A stretch of DNA of 64,000 bases from Alphaproteobacteria bacterium (GTDB lineage Bacteria > Pseudomonadota > Alphaproteobacteria > UBA828), in assembly GCA_965214705.1 (NCBI GenBank), contig CBDCCI010000001.1, positions 288,001 to 352,000 of the forward strand, written 5' to 3'. Each line of letters begins with the position of its first letter. Within the stretch, counting starts at the first letter, position 1. Below are positions 37,298 to 47,671 of this stretch, in pieces. The notes beneath the pieces were generated by a model. It was not told the DNA's origin, did no database searches, and saw only the letters and a list, made by a program, of their open reading frames with translations. Made by a program: the position numbers and the translations under genes.

Positions 37298-38071
37298 CTA
37301 CTCCTCCCACTCCAGGTTGCCGCAGACCCCGATCAACTGCCCGGTGATGTTGCTCGCCGAATCCTGCGCCAGAAAGAACGCGGTGTCGGCGACCTCCTCG
37401 CTGGTGATCAGCGCGCGCGTGGAGATGAAGCTGACGTAGCGCTCGTGCGCTTCCTCGACCGTCTGCCCCCGCTCCTTGGCGAGGTGCGTGATCAGGCGCC
37501 GCCCGCGCGGGTTGTCGATGATGCCGGGCAGGATGGCATTGCAGCGGATGCCGGAAGGGCCGAGCTCGCGCGCGAGGTTCATGGTCATGCCGTCCACCGC
37601 GCACTTGGTGGTGATGTAGGAGGTCCTGAGCGGCATCCCCACGCGGGTGGAGGCGGTGGAGATATTGATAATCGCGCCCGAGCCCTGCGCCTTCATCACC
37701 GGCACTGCCCGCTTGATGCAGTGGAACATGCTGTTGAGGTTGACGTCGATCACGCGCTGCCACTCGTCGTCCTCGATCTCCTCCACCGGCGCGCGCGGGC
37801 CGCTGATGCCGGCGTTGTTCACCAGCACGTCGAGCCTACCGAGGGCCGCGAGCCCCTCCTCGAACCAGCGCGCGACCGCTTCCGCCGAGCCCACGTCGGC
37901 GATGCTGCCGGACATGCCGGGGTTGGCGCCGAGCACATCCTCCAGGCTCTCTTCGGTGAGGCAGCACATGTGAACGCGGGCGCCGGCGGCATGGAAGCGC
38001 TCGGCCACCGCGCGGCCGATGCTGCGGCCGGCACCGGTGACCATCACGGCCTGTGGGGTGTCGCTCGCCAT
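37298..38071 (-). CDS. SDR family oxidoreductase
   Basis: TGAGRSIG, NNAG, YITTK, ITGQLIGVCG. Confidence 0.92.
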   Translation of the reverse strand: MASDTPQAVMVTGAGRSIGRAVAERFHAAGARVHMCCLTEESLEDVLGANPGMSGSIADVGSAEAVARWFEEGLAALGRLDVLVNNAGISGPRAPVEEIEDDEWQRVIDVNLNSMFHCIKRAVPVMKAQGSGAIINISTASTRVGMPLRTSYITTKCAVDGMTMNLARELGPSGIRCNAILPGIIDNPRGRRLITHLAKERGQTVEEAHERYVSFISTRALITSEEVADTAFFLAQDSASNITGQLIGVCGNLEWEE

Positions 38072-38294
38072 GGCAGGCTCCTGGGCTCGCGGGGATGACA
38101 GCGCGAGGATAGGGTGGCGGCGGGCACGCGCCAAACTCTCCGCGCCGTTGCCCTTGGGCACTTTGTGCGTCAACGGGGCTCACGTGGGCGTGACCCCGGA
38201 CGGCGGCCGATTGCACTGCGAGCCCCGCACCACTACGTCATCATTGTCCCGCTGCGGCCTCTTGCCTGCGGCGGTCAACGCGAAGGGCTTCCCG

Positions 38295-39767
38295 ATGGAC
38301 GAATCCCGGCACATGACGCCAGACGAGTTCCGCCGGTGCGGAGCCGCACTCATCGAGCGCATCGCCCGCTACATGGAGGAGGTGGAGCAGTACCCCGTGC
38401 TCTCGCAGGCGGAGCCGGGATCGGTCCGCGCGCGCCTGCCAAGTGCCGCGCCCGAACAGGGCGAGCCTTTCGCCGACCTGCTGCGCGACATCGACGAGAT
38501 CGTCCTTCCCGGTCTCACCCACTGGCAGTCGCCCAACTTCTACGCCTACTTCCCGGCGAACGCCTCGGGCCCGTCGATCCTCGGCGATCTGCTCTCTTCC
38601 GGGTTCGGAGTGCAGGGCATGCTCTGGGCCACGAGCCCGGCGTGCACCGAGCTCGAGACCCATGTGCTCGACTGGCTGGTCGATCTGCTCGGGCTGCCGG
38701 AGGGATTCAAGTCGAGCGCGGCCGGCGGCGGCGTGATCCAGGACAGCGCCTCGAGCAGCACGCTCACCGCGCTTATCGCCGCGCGCGAACGGGCGAGCGC
38801 CGGCACGGTCAACCGGCATGGCGCGGGCCGCGGCCCGGACGGCGCGGAGGGGCCGCGGCTCACCGTCTACACCTCCCGGCACGCGCACTCATCCATCGAG
38901 AAAGGGGTGAAGATTGCGGGCCTGGGGCGGGAGAACCTGCGGCTCATCAATGCTGACGAGCGCCATGCGATGCAGGTCGACGCGCTGGAGGCCGCAATTG
39001 CCACGCACCGCGCAGCCGGGGCCGTGCCTGCGATGGTGTGTGCGACCGTGGGCACGACCTCCTCCGGCGCGGTGGACCCGCTCCGCGCCATCGGCGCGCT
39101 CTGTCGGCGGGAGGGCATCTGGCTCCATGTCGATGCCGCGCACGCCGGCAGCGCCACCATCTGCCCCGAGCACCGGGGCCTGATCGACGGGCTGGAGCAC
39201 GCCGACAGCTACACCTTCAACCCGCACAAGTGGCTGCTCACCAACTTCGACTGCAGCTGCTTCTGGGTCGCCGACCGCGCCGCGCTGATCGAGGCGCTGA
39301 GCGTGCTGCCGGAATACCTGCGCAACCGCGCGACCGAATCGGGCGCGGTGATCGACTACCGCGACTGGCAAATCCCGCTCGGCCGGCGCTTCCGTGCGCT
39401 CAAGCTCTGGTTCGTGATCCGCCACTACGGCGCTGAGGGCCTGCGCGCCCACGTGCGGAACTGCGTCGCGTTGGCCGACTGGTTCGCCGCGCAGGTGGAG
39501 GCGCACGCCGAGTTCGAGCTGGCGGCACCGGTCTCGGCCGGACTGGTCTGCTTTCGCCACCGCGCGGGCGATGCGCTCAACGAGGCCCTGATGAACCGGC
39601 TCAACGAATCCGGCGCGCTCTACCTCACCCACACCTGGCTCGACGACCGGCTCGTGCTGCGCCTTGCGGTGGGCGGGACAGCGACCCGCCGCGCGCATGT
39701 CGAGAAGGCCTGGGCGCGGATCGTCGAGACCGCCGGCGCGCTTTCCGCCGAGGAGTTTGCCGCCTGA
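38295..39767 (+). CDS. PLP-dependent aromatic L-amino acid decarboxylase (DDC-like, group II)
   Basis: PGLTHWQSPNFYAYFP, SPACTELE, GGGVIQ, HVDAA, FNPHKWL, DYRDWQIPLGRRFRALKLW. Confidence 0.92.
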   Translation: MDESRHMTPDEFRRCGAALIERIARYMEEVEQYPVLSQAEPGSVRARLPSAAPEQGEPFADLLRDIDEIVLPGLTHWQSPNFYAYFPANASGPSILGDLLSSGFGVQGMLWATSPACTELETHVLDWLVDLLGLPEGFKSSAAGGGVIQDSASSSTLTALIAARERASAGTVNRHGAGRGPDGAEGPRLTVYTSRHAHSSIEKGVKIAGLGRENLRLINADERHAMQVDALEAAIATHRAAGAVPAMVCATVGTTSSGAVDPLRAIGALCRREGIWLHVDAAHAGSATICPEHRGLIDGLEHADSYTFNPHKWLLTNFDCSCFWVADRAALIEALSVLPEYLRNRATESGAVIDYRDWQIPLGRRFRALKLWFVIRHYGAEGLRAHVRNCVALADWFAAQVEAHAEFELAAPVSAGLVCFRHRAGDALNEALMNRLNESGALYLTHTWLDDRLVLRLAVGGTATRRAHVEKAWARIVETAGALSAEEFAA

Positions 39768-39837
39768 GCGATTCGAAGGCGGGCGCCGCAGACCGCCGGC
39801 GTGGTAAAGGAGGCCCGCAACCGGAAAGGGCACGGCC

Positions 39838-41244
39838 ATCACCGACACATCGGCGGAGACCCGGCGCGAGACGGACTCGATCGGCGCGATCGACGTGCCG
39901 GCCGACGCCTACTGGGGCGCTCAGACCCAGCGCAGCCTGCAGAACTTCAGGATCGGCGGCGAGCGCATGCCGGCGCCGCTGATCCGCGCGCTCGGCATCG
40001 TCAAGCAGGCGGCGGCGCGGGTGAACGTCGAGGCCGGCCTGATCGATGCCGACCTGGGTGCTGCGATCGGCGAGGCGGCCGGAGAGGTGATCGCGGGCTC
40101 GCTCGACGCTCACTTCCCGCTGGTGGTCTGGCAGACCGGCTCGGGTACCCAGAGCAACATGAACGCCAACGAGGTGATCGCCAACCGGGCCTGCGAGATG
40201 CTCGGCCAGCCCATGGGCCAGAAGACGCCGGTGCACCCCAACGATCACGTCAACCGCAGCCAGTCCTCCAACGACACCTTCCCGACCGCGATGCACATCG
40301 CCGCCGTGGAGCAGTGCCATCACCTGCTGCTGCCGGCGCTGGAGCATCTGCACCAAGCGCTCGCGGCGAAGTCGGAGACCTTCGCCGAGATCGTGAAGAT
40401 CGGCCGGACCCACCTGCAGGACGCGACGCCGCTCACCCTCGGCCAGGAGTTCTCCGGCTACGCGACGCAGGTGGAGTATGGGATCGAGCGCGTGAAGGCG
40501 GCGCTGCCCAGGCTTTGCGCGCTGGCCCAGGGCGGCACCGCCGTCGGCACCGGGCTCAACACCAAGGCGGGCTTCGATGCGCGCTTCGCGGCCGAGGTCG
40601 CGGCGCTCACCGGGCTCCCGTTCCGCACCGCCGAGAACAAGTTCGAGGCCATCGCCGCCAACGACGCGGTGGTCGAGATGTCGGGCGCGCTCAACACCGT
40701 GGCCGCGAGCCTGATGAAGATCGCGAACGACATCCGGCTGCTGGCGTCGGGCCCGCGCTGCGGCCTGGGCGAGCTCGAGCTGCCGGCCAACGAGCCCGGC
40801 TCCTCGATCATGCCGGGCAAGGTGAACCCGACCCAGGCGGAGGCGCTCACCATGGTGGCGGCCCAGGTGATGGGCAATCACGTCGCCATATCGGTGGGCG
40901 GCGCCAGCGGGCACTTCGAGCTCAACGTGTTCAAGCCCGTGATGATCTACAACCTGCTGCAGTCGATCCGGCTGATCGGCGACGGTGCGCGCAGCTTCAC
41001 CGACAACTGCGTGGCGGGCATCGAGCCCAACCGCGCGCGCATCGACCGGCTGCTGCACGAATCGCTCATGCTGGTGACCGCGCTCAACCCCCACATCGGC
41101 TACGACAACGCCGCCAAGGTGGCGAAGAAGGCCCATGCCGAGGGTACGACGCTGAAGGAGGCCGCGCTTGCGCTTGGCGTGGTGAACGAGGCCGACTTCG
41201 AGCGCTGGGTCGACCCCACCAAGATGACCGGGCCGACACCGTAG
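39838..41244 (+). CDS. fumC: class II fumarate hydratase
   Basis: [51 protein letters not shown]; start apparently ATC (see findings). Confidence 0.96.
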   Translation: MTDTSAETRRETDSIGAIDVPADAYWGAQTQRSLQNFRIGGERMPAPLIRALGIVKQAAARVNVEAGLIDADLGAAIGEAAGEVIAGSLDAHFPLVVWQTGSGTQSNMNANEVIANRACEMLGQPMGQKTPVHPNDHVNRSQSSNDTFPTAMHIAAVEQCHHLLLPALEHLHQALAAKSETFAEIVKIGRTHLQDATPLTLGQEFSGYATQVEYGIERVKAALPRLCALAQGGTAVGTGLNTKAGFDARFAAEVAALTGLPFRTAENKFEAIAANDAVVEMSGALNTVAASLMKIANDIRLLASGPRCGLGELELPANEPGSSIMPGKVNPTQAEALTMVAAQVMGNHVAISVGGASGHFELNVFKPVMIYNLLQSIRLIGDGARSFTDNCVAGIEPNRARIDRLLHESLMLVTALNPHIGYDNAAKVAKKAHAEGTTLKEAALALGVVNEADFERWVDPTKMTGPTP

Positions 41245-41274
41245 AGCGCGTCCGTCAGAGACGGACTCGCACTA
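41242..41274. repeat. 33-bp TAG-terminal palindrome, copy 3 (possible bidirectional terminator)
   Basis: TAGAGCGCGTCCGTC-AGA-GACGGACTCGCACTA; left TAG is the fumC stop, right CTA is the argB stop. Confidence 0.75.
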
Positions 41275-42174
41275 ATCCGGCACGATCATGGTGCCGGTGC
41301 CGTGCTCGGTGAAGAGTTCCAGCAGGATCACGTGCGGCACGCGGCCGTCCAGAATGTGGGCGGCGCCGGTCGAGCGCTTGATCGCCGTGAGACAGGTTTC
41401 GAGCTTCGGGATCATGCCGCCGCTGACCGCGCCGCCAGTGAGCATCTTCTGCGCCTCGCCGGTGGTCATCTGGCTGATGAGCGCGCCGTCGCCGTCGAGC
41501 ACGCCGGGAACGTCGGTGAGCAGCAGCAGCTTGATGGCGGAGAGCGCGGAGGCAATGGCGCCGGCTGCGGTATCGGCATTGATGTTGTAGGTCTCGCCGC
41601 CGGCGCCCACGCCGATCGGCGCGATGACCGGGATGATGTCGGACCCGCCCAGATGGTCGAGCAACTCGACGTTGATGCGTTCTGGCTCGCCGACGAAGCC
41701 GAGGTCCACCACGCGCTCGGCGCCGGTCTCGGCATCCCGCTTGCGCCGCTTGAGCGCCGTCGCCTCGATGAGCCGGCCGTCCTTGCCGCTGAGGCCGATC
41801 GCGGTGCCGCCCTCCGCGTTGATCGTGGTGACGATCTGCTTGTTGATGGAGCCGGCGAGCACCATCTCGACGACCTCGATCGCCGCCGCGTCCGTAACGC
41901 GCAGACCGTCGACGAAGTCGCTCTCGATCCCCAGGCGGGCGAGCATCTTGGCGATCTGCGGACCGCCGCCGTGGACCACCACCGGGTTGATGCCGACCTG
42001 CTTCAGCAGTACGACGTCACGCGCAAAGCTCTGGGCGAGCGCAGCATCGCCCATGGCGTGGCCGCCATACTTGATGACCACGCTCCGGCCCGCGAAGCGC
42101 CGCATGTAGGGCAGCGCCTCGGAGATCGTGGCCGCGGTGCGCAGCCAGTGTTTGGTGTCGCTGATGCGCTGCAT
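41272..42174 (-). CDS. argB: acetylglutamate kinase
   Basis: [38 protein letters not shown]. Confidence 0.98.
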   Translation of the reverse strand: MQRISDTKHWLRTAATISEALPYMRRFAGRSVVIKYGGHAMGDAALAQSFARDVVLLKQVGINPVVVHGGGPQIAKMLARLGIESDFVDGLRVTDAAAIEVVEMVLAGSINKQIVTTINAEGGTAIGLSGKDGRLIEATALKRRKRDAETGAERVVDLGFVGEPERINVELLDHLGGSDIIPVIAPIGVGAGGETYNINADTAAGAIASALSAIKLLLLTDVPGVLDGDGALISQMTTGEAQKMLTGGAVSGGMIPKLETCLTAIKRSTGAAHILDGRVPHVILLELFTEHGTGTMIVPD

Positions 42175-42246
42175 GGGATGCCTGGTCGGTCGCAAGCGCC
42201 GGCGCTGTAGGCGGCGCCCGGCGGCCGCGGATCACTAAACTATTCT

Positions 42247-42921
42247 TTACGCTGTGGCCAGCGCCGCGAGGTGGCTCCTGAGCGCTGCGATGCCGTCGCC
42301 CGTGCGTGCGCTGGTGGCGATCAGCGAGGGATAGGCGGCGACGTGGACAGCAAGTGCCGCCTCGATGGCGGCGACCTGCGCGGTCAGGGCCTCGGGCGTC
42401 AGCTTATCGCACTTTGTCAGCACCGCGAGGAAGGAGACGGCGCTCTGGTCGAACGCAGCCATGACCGGCTCATCGGCTGCGGTGATGCCGCGCCGCGCGT
42501 CGAGCAACAGGCAGACCCTCCGGAGCGTCGGCCGGCCGCGCAGGTAGGACTCAGCCAGCCGGGTCCAGGCCTTGATCTTGGTCTTGGAGGCGGCGGCGTA
42601 GCCGTAGCCCGGCAGGTCCACGAGCATGAGCCGGCCGTCGAGGTCGAAGAAGTTCAGCTCCCGCGTGCGCCCCGGTGTGTTGGAGGTGCGCGCCAAGGCG
42701 CGGCGCCCGGTCAGCGCGTTGACGAGGCTCGACTTTCCGACATTGGAGCGGCCGGCGAAGGCAATCTCGGGGAGCGCGGGCGCGGGCATTCCGTCGAGCC
42801 CAGCGACGCCCGCGACGAAGCGGCAGGGCCGCGCAAACAGCCGCCTACCAGCTTCTAGCGCCGCCGCGCGCGCTTCCGCGTTCTCTGCCGCCTCGGCCTC
42901 GGCCGGTCCTGGCTCGTCCAT
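42247..42921 (-). CDS. engB: ribosome biogenesis GTPase EngB/YihA
   Basis: GRSNVGKSS, TPGRT, DLPGYG, TKCDK. Confidence 0.97.
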   Translation of the reverse strand: MDEPGPAEAEAAENAEARAAALEAGRRLFARPCRFVAGVAGLDGMPAPALPEIAFAGRSNVGKSSLVNALTGRRALARTSNTPGRTRELNFFDLDGRLMLVDLPGYGYAAASKTKIKAWTRLAESYLRGRPTLRRVCLLLDARRGITAADEPVMAAFDQSAVSFLAVLTKCDKLTPEALTAQVAAIEAALAVHVAAYPSLIATSARTGDGIAALRSHLAALATA

Positions 42922-45641
42922 TCGCCGCCGTCAGCGGATGCGCCGGGAGCTGACTCCTGCGCGGGTGCGTCGCCGTCCCCGGCCGCATCCCCGCTCACCG
43001 CCTCAGTCTCATGGGCCGGCGCCTCATCGGCAGGGGCTGCGTCGGCGGGCGCCGCATCGCCGTTTGCGTCGGTGGGAGCGTCTCCCTCCTCGGTGGCGCG
43101 GGCGGCGGCGCGCTCCGCCCTGCGCTGCCTGCGCGATTTCTGGGGCTTTGCCTTGGGCGCGGCCGCGGGCGTGGGCCTGGACGCCCCCTCGGCCGGGGGA
43201 ATCCCGAGGCCAGCCTTCAGGCGATCCATCAGGCCCGCGGGCTGGTCGGCGGCCGGCGCGGACTTGCGCTGGCGTGCGGCCTTTTGCCTCTGCTTGCGGG
43301 CCAGGGCCTTCTTCCGCGCGATGCGTGCCCGCTCGAGGGCGGCGCGCTTGGCCGGCGACATGGTGCTCCGGCTCTCGCCCGTTTCCTCGCCCTTTGCCTC
43401 ACCCTTGCGCTCGGCGCGTGGTCGGGCGGCACTCTTGGCACGCGTCTTCTGACCACCGCCCGATTCTGAACGCCGGGTCCGTGTCGAGCCCTCCGCCTTC
43501 GCACTGCCACCCGATGCCTGCGTTGAGCCGGACTTGCGGCGGGGTGCCTCGCCCTGGCGCGCGGGTCGGTCGCTTCGCGTTTCGCCAGCCTTGCGCGCGG
43601 CTCCCTCGCGGCGTGGCTCTCTATCCTGACGCGGAGCGCTGTCACGCCGCGCTTTGCTTGTCCGGGGCTGGGACTTGCGGGCGCGTGCTGCGGTGTCCCG
43701 CTGCGTCGTCCCTTCGCGACGGGCCGTGTCCTCGCCCGCGGCACGCGCGCTTTCCTTGGCCGGATCGGGGCGCTTGGTCTTCTTGCGGGAAGAGCGGCTT
43801 GGTTTCAGCAGCGTGCCCTTCTCCGCCGCCTCCTTGATCTTTTTGATCTTCTCGGCGTCCTCGGCGAGGCTCTGGCGGGTGATGCCCATCCGCCGCATGA
43901 TCAGCCATTGCTGGCCGATGGAGAGCACGTTGTTCCAGGTCCAGTAGACCACCAGCCCGGCCGGGAAGCGCGCGAACAGGAAGAGGAAGATGATGGGCAG
44001 CGCCATCATGATCTTCTGCTGAATCGGCTCCATCGGCTGTGGGTTGAGCTTCATCTGGAGCCACATGGTCGCACCGAAGATGAGCGGCCAGATGCCCACC
44101 AGCAGGAACTCCGGCGCCGGCCATTCAAGCAAGCCGAAGCCGGTGATGAAGGTCATCGGGTCGGGCGCGGAGAGGTCGTGGATCCAGCCGAAGAAGGGCG
44201 CGTGCCGCATCTCGATGGTGACGAACAGCATGTAGTAGAGGGCGAAGAACACCGGTATTTGCGCGAGCAGCGGCAGGCAGCCGGCCACCGGATTGGCCTT
44301 CTGCTCGCGGTAGAGCTTCATCAGCTCGCTGTTCATCCGCTGCTTGTCGTCCTTGAAGCGCTCACGCAGGCGGATCATCTCCGGCTGGAGCTTGCGCATC
44401 CGGCTCATGGACGCGTAGGCCTTGTTGGCCAGCGGGAACAGCAGCACCCGCACGCAGATGGTCAGCAGCAGGATGGCGACGCCAAAGTTGCCGGTCACCC
44501 GGTTGAAGAAGTCGATGACGTAGAACATCGGCTTCGACAGGAACCACGCCGGGCCGAAATCGACGGAGAGATCCAGGCGATCCGCGCCCAGCGTCTCCTC
44601 ATAGTTATCGAGAAGGCTGATCTCCTTGGCGCCGGTGAAGAGGTGCGAGGTGAGCGAGATCGCCTGCCCCGGACTCACCGTGAGCGGGTCGGCCTCGTAG
44701 ATGGTCTGGAAGGAATCTTCCGTGCCGCCGTCGACCGGCACGTACTCGAAGCTGCCGTGGAACGGCACCTGCTGATCGGGGATGAGCGCCACCAGCCAGT
44801 ACTTGTCGGTTATTCCCATCCAGCCGCCCGTCGCGTCGTAGCGGTACTCGGCGCCGGCGCGGGGGTTCTCCACCTTGGCGTCGTAGGCGTCGCGCATGTC
44901 GTCGTAGTCGGCGTCTTGATAGTCCTCGCCGAAGACGCCGAGCGCGCCGTCCTGGAAGATGAAGAGCGGCTTGAACGGCAGGATTGACTCGGTGGCGTCG
45001 CTGAACCGCGCGATCCGCGAATAAGGCGTGAGCGCCAGCGGCGCGCCGGTGGTGTTGAGCACCGATTGGGTGACGGTGAAGACGAAATTCTCGTCGATGT
45101 CGATCTTGCGTGTGAACTTAAGCCCGGCGCCGTTGTCCCAGCGGAGCGTGACCGGCCGGCCGGGCGCGAGAGTGAGCTTGTCGGCATCCCAGAGGGTGTC
45201 GGGTTGGGGGAGCGCAATGCCCTCGTTGGCCGCAATCCAGCCGAAGTCCGCAAAATAGGGACGCACTGCGTCGCGGGGCTGGAGCAGCACGATGTTCGGG
45301 CTCTCCTCGTCTGCCTCCTCGCGATAGTCGAGCAGCGTGATGGAATCGATGCGCCCGCCGAGGCGCGCAATCGAGCCGCTCAGCCTGGGCGACTCGATCT
45401 GGATGCGGGGGCTGTCGATGCCCGCTTGGCGCAACTCCACCTGAGCCGGGTCGTCCACGTCGGGCACCACCTGATCCAGCGACGGCGGCGCCGTCCCCGG
45501 CGTGGGCTGCTCCGCGGCGCGCCGCGGCCGCTCATCCGGCGGGAACAGCGCCGGCATGAGGAATTGCCAGCCGACGAGGACCACGAAAATCGCGCCGATG
45601 GCGATGATGAGATTGCGCTTGTCTTGGCCGCTGCCGAACAT
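42855..45641 (-). CDS. yidC: membrane protein insertase YidC with very long C-terminal tail
   Basis: GWMGITDKYW, GNFGVAI, SMSRMRKLQP, NPVAGCLP, PFFGWIHDLSAPDP, PAGLVVYWTWNN. Confidence 0.96.
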   Translation of the reverse strand: MFGSGQDKRNLIIAIGAIFVVLVGWQFLMPALFPPDERPRRAAEQPTPGTAPPSLDQVVPDVDDPAQVELRQAGIDSPRIQIESPRLSGSIARLGGRIDSITLLDYREEADEESPNIVLLQPRDAVRPYFADFGWIAANEGIALPQPDTLWDADKLTLAPGRPVTLRWDNGAGLKFTRKIDIDENFVFTVTQSVLNTTGAPLALTPYSRIARFSDATESILPFKPLFIFQDGALGVFGEDYQDADYDDMRDAYDAKVENPRAGAEYRYDATGGWMGITDKYWLVALIPDQQVPFHGSFEYVPVDGGTEDSFQTIYEADPLTVSPGQAISLTSHLFTGAKEISLLDNYEETLGADRLDLSVDFGPAWFLSKPMFYVIDFFNRVTGNFGVAILLLTICVRVLLFPLANKAYASMSRMRKLQPEMIRLRERFKDDKQRMNSELMKLYREQKANPVAGCLPLLAQIPVFFALYYMLFVTIEMRHAPFFGWIHDLSAPDPMTFITGFGLLEWPAPEFLLVGIWPLIFGATMWLQMKLNPQPMEPIQQKIMMALPIIFLFLFARFPAGLVVYWTWNNVLSIGQQWLIMRRMGITRQSLAEDAEKIKKIKEAAEKGTLLKPSRSSRKKTKRPDPAKESARAAGEDTARREGTTQRDTAARARKSQPRTSKARRDSAPRQDREPRREGAARKAGETRSDRPARQGEAPRRKSGSTQASGGSAKAEGSTRTRRSESGGGQKTRAKSAARPRAERKGEAKGEETGESRSTMSPAKRAALERARIARKKALARKQRQKAARQRKSAPAADQPAGLMDRLKAGLGIPPAEGASRPTPAAAPKAKPQKSRRQRRAERAAARATEEGDAPTDANGDAAPADAAPADEAPAHETEAVSGDAAGDGDAPAQESAPGASADGGEWTSQDRPRPRRQRTRKRARRR

Positions 45642-45661
45642 GGATCGCTCGCCCGCCCCGC

Positions 45662-45928
45662 TCAGCGGGGGGCACGCCTCCAGGGAGTGCTCAAGATACG
45701 GAGCGGGCGCTCCGGCACCTCATCGACCCCGCCGGGACAATAGGGATTGCACCGCAAGATCCGCCAGGTCGCGAGCGCCAGGCCGAAGACCACGCCATGC
45801 CGCCTGAGCGCGGTCATCGCATAGTGCGAGCAGGTCGGCTCGAAGCGGCAGCTCGGCGGCAGGAGGGGCGAGATGAAATACTGGTATCCGCGGATCAGGC
45901 CCACGATCAGTAAAACGATCGGTTTCAT
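45662..45928 (-). CDS. yidD: membrane protein insertion efficiency factor YidD
   Basis: [24 protein letters not shown]. Confidence 0.96.
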   Translation of the reverse strand: MKPIVLLIVGLIRGYQYFISPLLPPSCRFEPTCSHYAMTALRRHGVVFGLALATWRILRCNPYCPGGVDEVPERPLRILSTPWRRAPR

Positions 45929-46353
45929 GCGTCTCCCGCTCTCGGGCCCGCTTCGCGCGACCGGCCGGCGGCGGCTCGCCGTCTCCGGTCAGGTGCTCGA
46001 TCGCCCGGCCGCGCGCCGACACGCGCCAACGCCGCGGCCAGATCATCAACCAAAGCGTCGAACGGGCGGGTCAGCGTGGCAGCACGCGCGATGACGACGT
46101 AGTCGCAGCCGCTTTGCGCCGAGGCCGGCATAACATGGGCCACCGCCGCACGCAATCGGCGCTTGGCGCGGTTGCGCGCGACTGCGTTGCCGATCCGCCG
46201 GCTCGCGGTGTAGCCCACGCGCACCAGCCCCTGCTCGGCGTCCGCCTCGGGCATGGGTGCCGCCTGCAGCACCAGCCCAGGCGCTGCCCAACGCCGTGCC
46301 GCCGCCCGCACGCGCAGGAAGTCGCGCCGTTTCTTGAGCGTGGCGATGCGCAT
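45925..46353 (-). CDS. rnpA: ribonuclease P protein
   Basis: [31 protein letters not shown]. Confidence 0.96.
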   Translation of the reverse strand: MRIATLKKRRDFLRVRAAARRWAAPGLVLQAAPMPEADAEQGLVRVGYTASRRIGNAVARNRAKRRLRAAVAHVMPASAQSGCDYVVIARAATLTRPFDALVDDLAAALARVGARPGDRAPDRRRRAAAGRSREAGPRAGDA

Positions 46354-46482
46354 CGACGTTGCTTCCGGTCGGGCGGTTATCTTCGTTGCCGTGATATGCG
46401 GTTGCGCGCGGCACGACGCGATTGGCCTGCGAGCATCGAGCATTCCGGAAGTAGCGACAGGCGAGGCCGGGCCTCGCCGGCC

Positions 46483-46617
46483 TCAGACGGCTAGGCGCTT
46501 GCGCCCCTTGGCGCGCCTGCGCGCGAGCACGCGCCGGCCGGCCACGGTCTTCATGCGCTGCCTGAAACCATGGCGCCGCTTGCGCACGATGTTGCTCGGC
46601 TGATAGGTCCGCTTCAC
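46483..46617 (-). CDS. rpmH: 50S ribosomal protein L34 (absent from ORF track)
   Basis: GTG start; [44 protein letters not shown]. Confidence 0.98.
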   Translation of the reverse strand: MKRTYQPSNIVRKRRHGFRQRMKTVAGRRVLARRRAKGRKRLAV

Positions 46618-46667
46618 GCCTCGTCTCCGCCCCCAACACGGTCTCTCGCGAGCGCCGGGGCCGCCGC

Positions 46668-46696
46668 TGTATAAGCGCGTGCCCGGTCCCTGTCAA
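46668..46696 (-). promoter_or_regulatory. sigma70 promoter of rpmH operon
   Basis: TTGACA-N17-TATACA on minus strand. Confidence 0.75.
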
Positions 46697-46720
46697 CGCG
46701 CCCGCTGCGACGCAGCAGGC

Positions 46721-47671
46721 TCAAGGAGGGATGCGGCCGGCGAGCCAGTCCTCGATCAGCCGGCGGGAGATCGAGTAGCGGCCCGGTAGGCGAAACTCGT
46801 CGCTGTCGCGGCGGCCGAGCAGGTCGCGCCGCTTGTACCAATGGGCGTACTCCAGCTCGGTCTCGTCGACCGCGATCTCGCGGGAGAGCGCCTGCGCCAT
46901 GAAGCCCACCATGAGCGTGCCGGGGAAGGGCCAGGGCTGCGAGGAGTGGTAGCGGACATCGCCCACGCGCACGCCGCTCTCCTCCTCGATCTCGCGGGCA
47001 ACGCATTCCTCCAGGCTCTCGCCGGGCTCCAGGAAGCCCGCGAGGGTCGAGTGCATCCCCGGCGGCCAACGCGACTGGCGGCAGAGCAGACATTCGTCGC
47101 CGTCATGAACCAGCGTGATAACCGCCGTGTCGGTGCGCGGAAAATGGACCGCGCCGCAGTCCTCGTTGGTGCAGCGCCGTTGGTGGCCGGCCTCGAGCGC
47201 CGCCGCCGGCGATCCGCAGGCGCCGCAGAAGCGATGCCGCCGGTGCCAATAGGTCAGCCCCCGCGCGTAGGCGATGAGCGCGGAATCGGCCCCCGGCACG
47301 ATCTGCACCAGCTCGCGCAGGTCCATCATCTCGCCGCCGGGCGAGCGCGCGAGCAGGGACCCGGCCTCCACGTGAGAGAGATCGACCACGAAATGCGCCG
47401 CGCCGGCGGCACCCTCCTCGACCTCCACGCCCAGCAGCGTGGGCTCGGCGCTGCCGTCGAGCAATCCGTCGAGGGTCTCGCGGTAGTGGATGACGGGGCG
47501 GGGCTCGGGACCCAAACGGACCACGGCGTTCTGCCGCCAGATCGCGACGTAGCGGGTGGACGGGTCGTCGAAGCGGGCCTTGAGCCACGCCGCGTCGGTC
47601 CGCCGATGCGCGGCCCGGTCGAGCGGCATGCCGGCGAGCACGTTGGAGCCGATGCGAGTAAGGCCGGTCAT
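46721..47671 (-). CDS. nudC: NADH pyrophosphatase / NAD-cap decapping enzyme NudC
   Basis: FCGACG zinc ribbon, FPRTD, AGFLEPGESLEECVAREIEEESG Nudix box, SQPWPFP. Confidence 0.95.
   Translation of the reverse strand: MTGLTRIGSNVLAGMPLDRAAHRRTDAAWLKARFDDPSTRYVAIWRQNAVVRLGPEPRPVIHYRETLDGLLDGSAEPTLLGVEVEEGAAGAAHFVVDLSHVEAGSLLARSPGGEMMDLRELVQIVPGADSALIAYARGLTYWHRRHRFCGACGSPAAALEAGHQRRCTNEDCGAVHFPRTDTAVITLVHDGDECLLCRQSRWPPGMHSTLAGFLEPGESLEECVAREIEEESGVRVGDVRYHSSQPWPFPGTLMVGFMAQALSREIAVDETELEYAHWYKRRDLLGRRDSDEFRLPGRYSISRRLIEDWLAGRIPP

Noticed and set aside
38072-38294. Riboswitch upstream of the decarboxylase
   Set aside because: Only generic GC-rich stems; no recognisable aptamer consensus
46483-46720. 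oriC next to rpmH-rnpA-yidC
   Set aside because: No dnaA or DnaA boxes; nudC follows after a short GC-rich spacer
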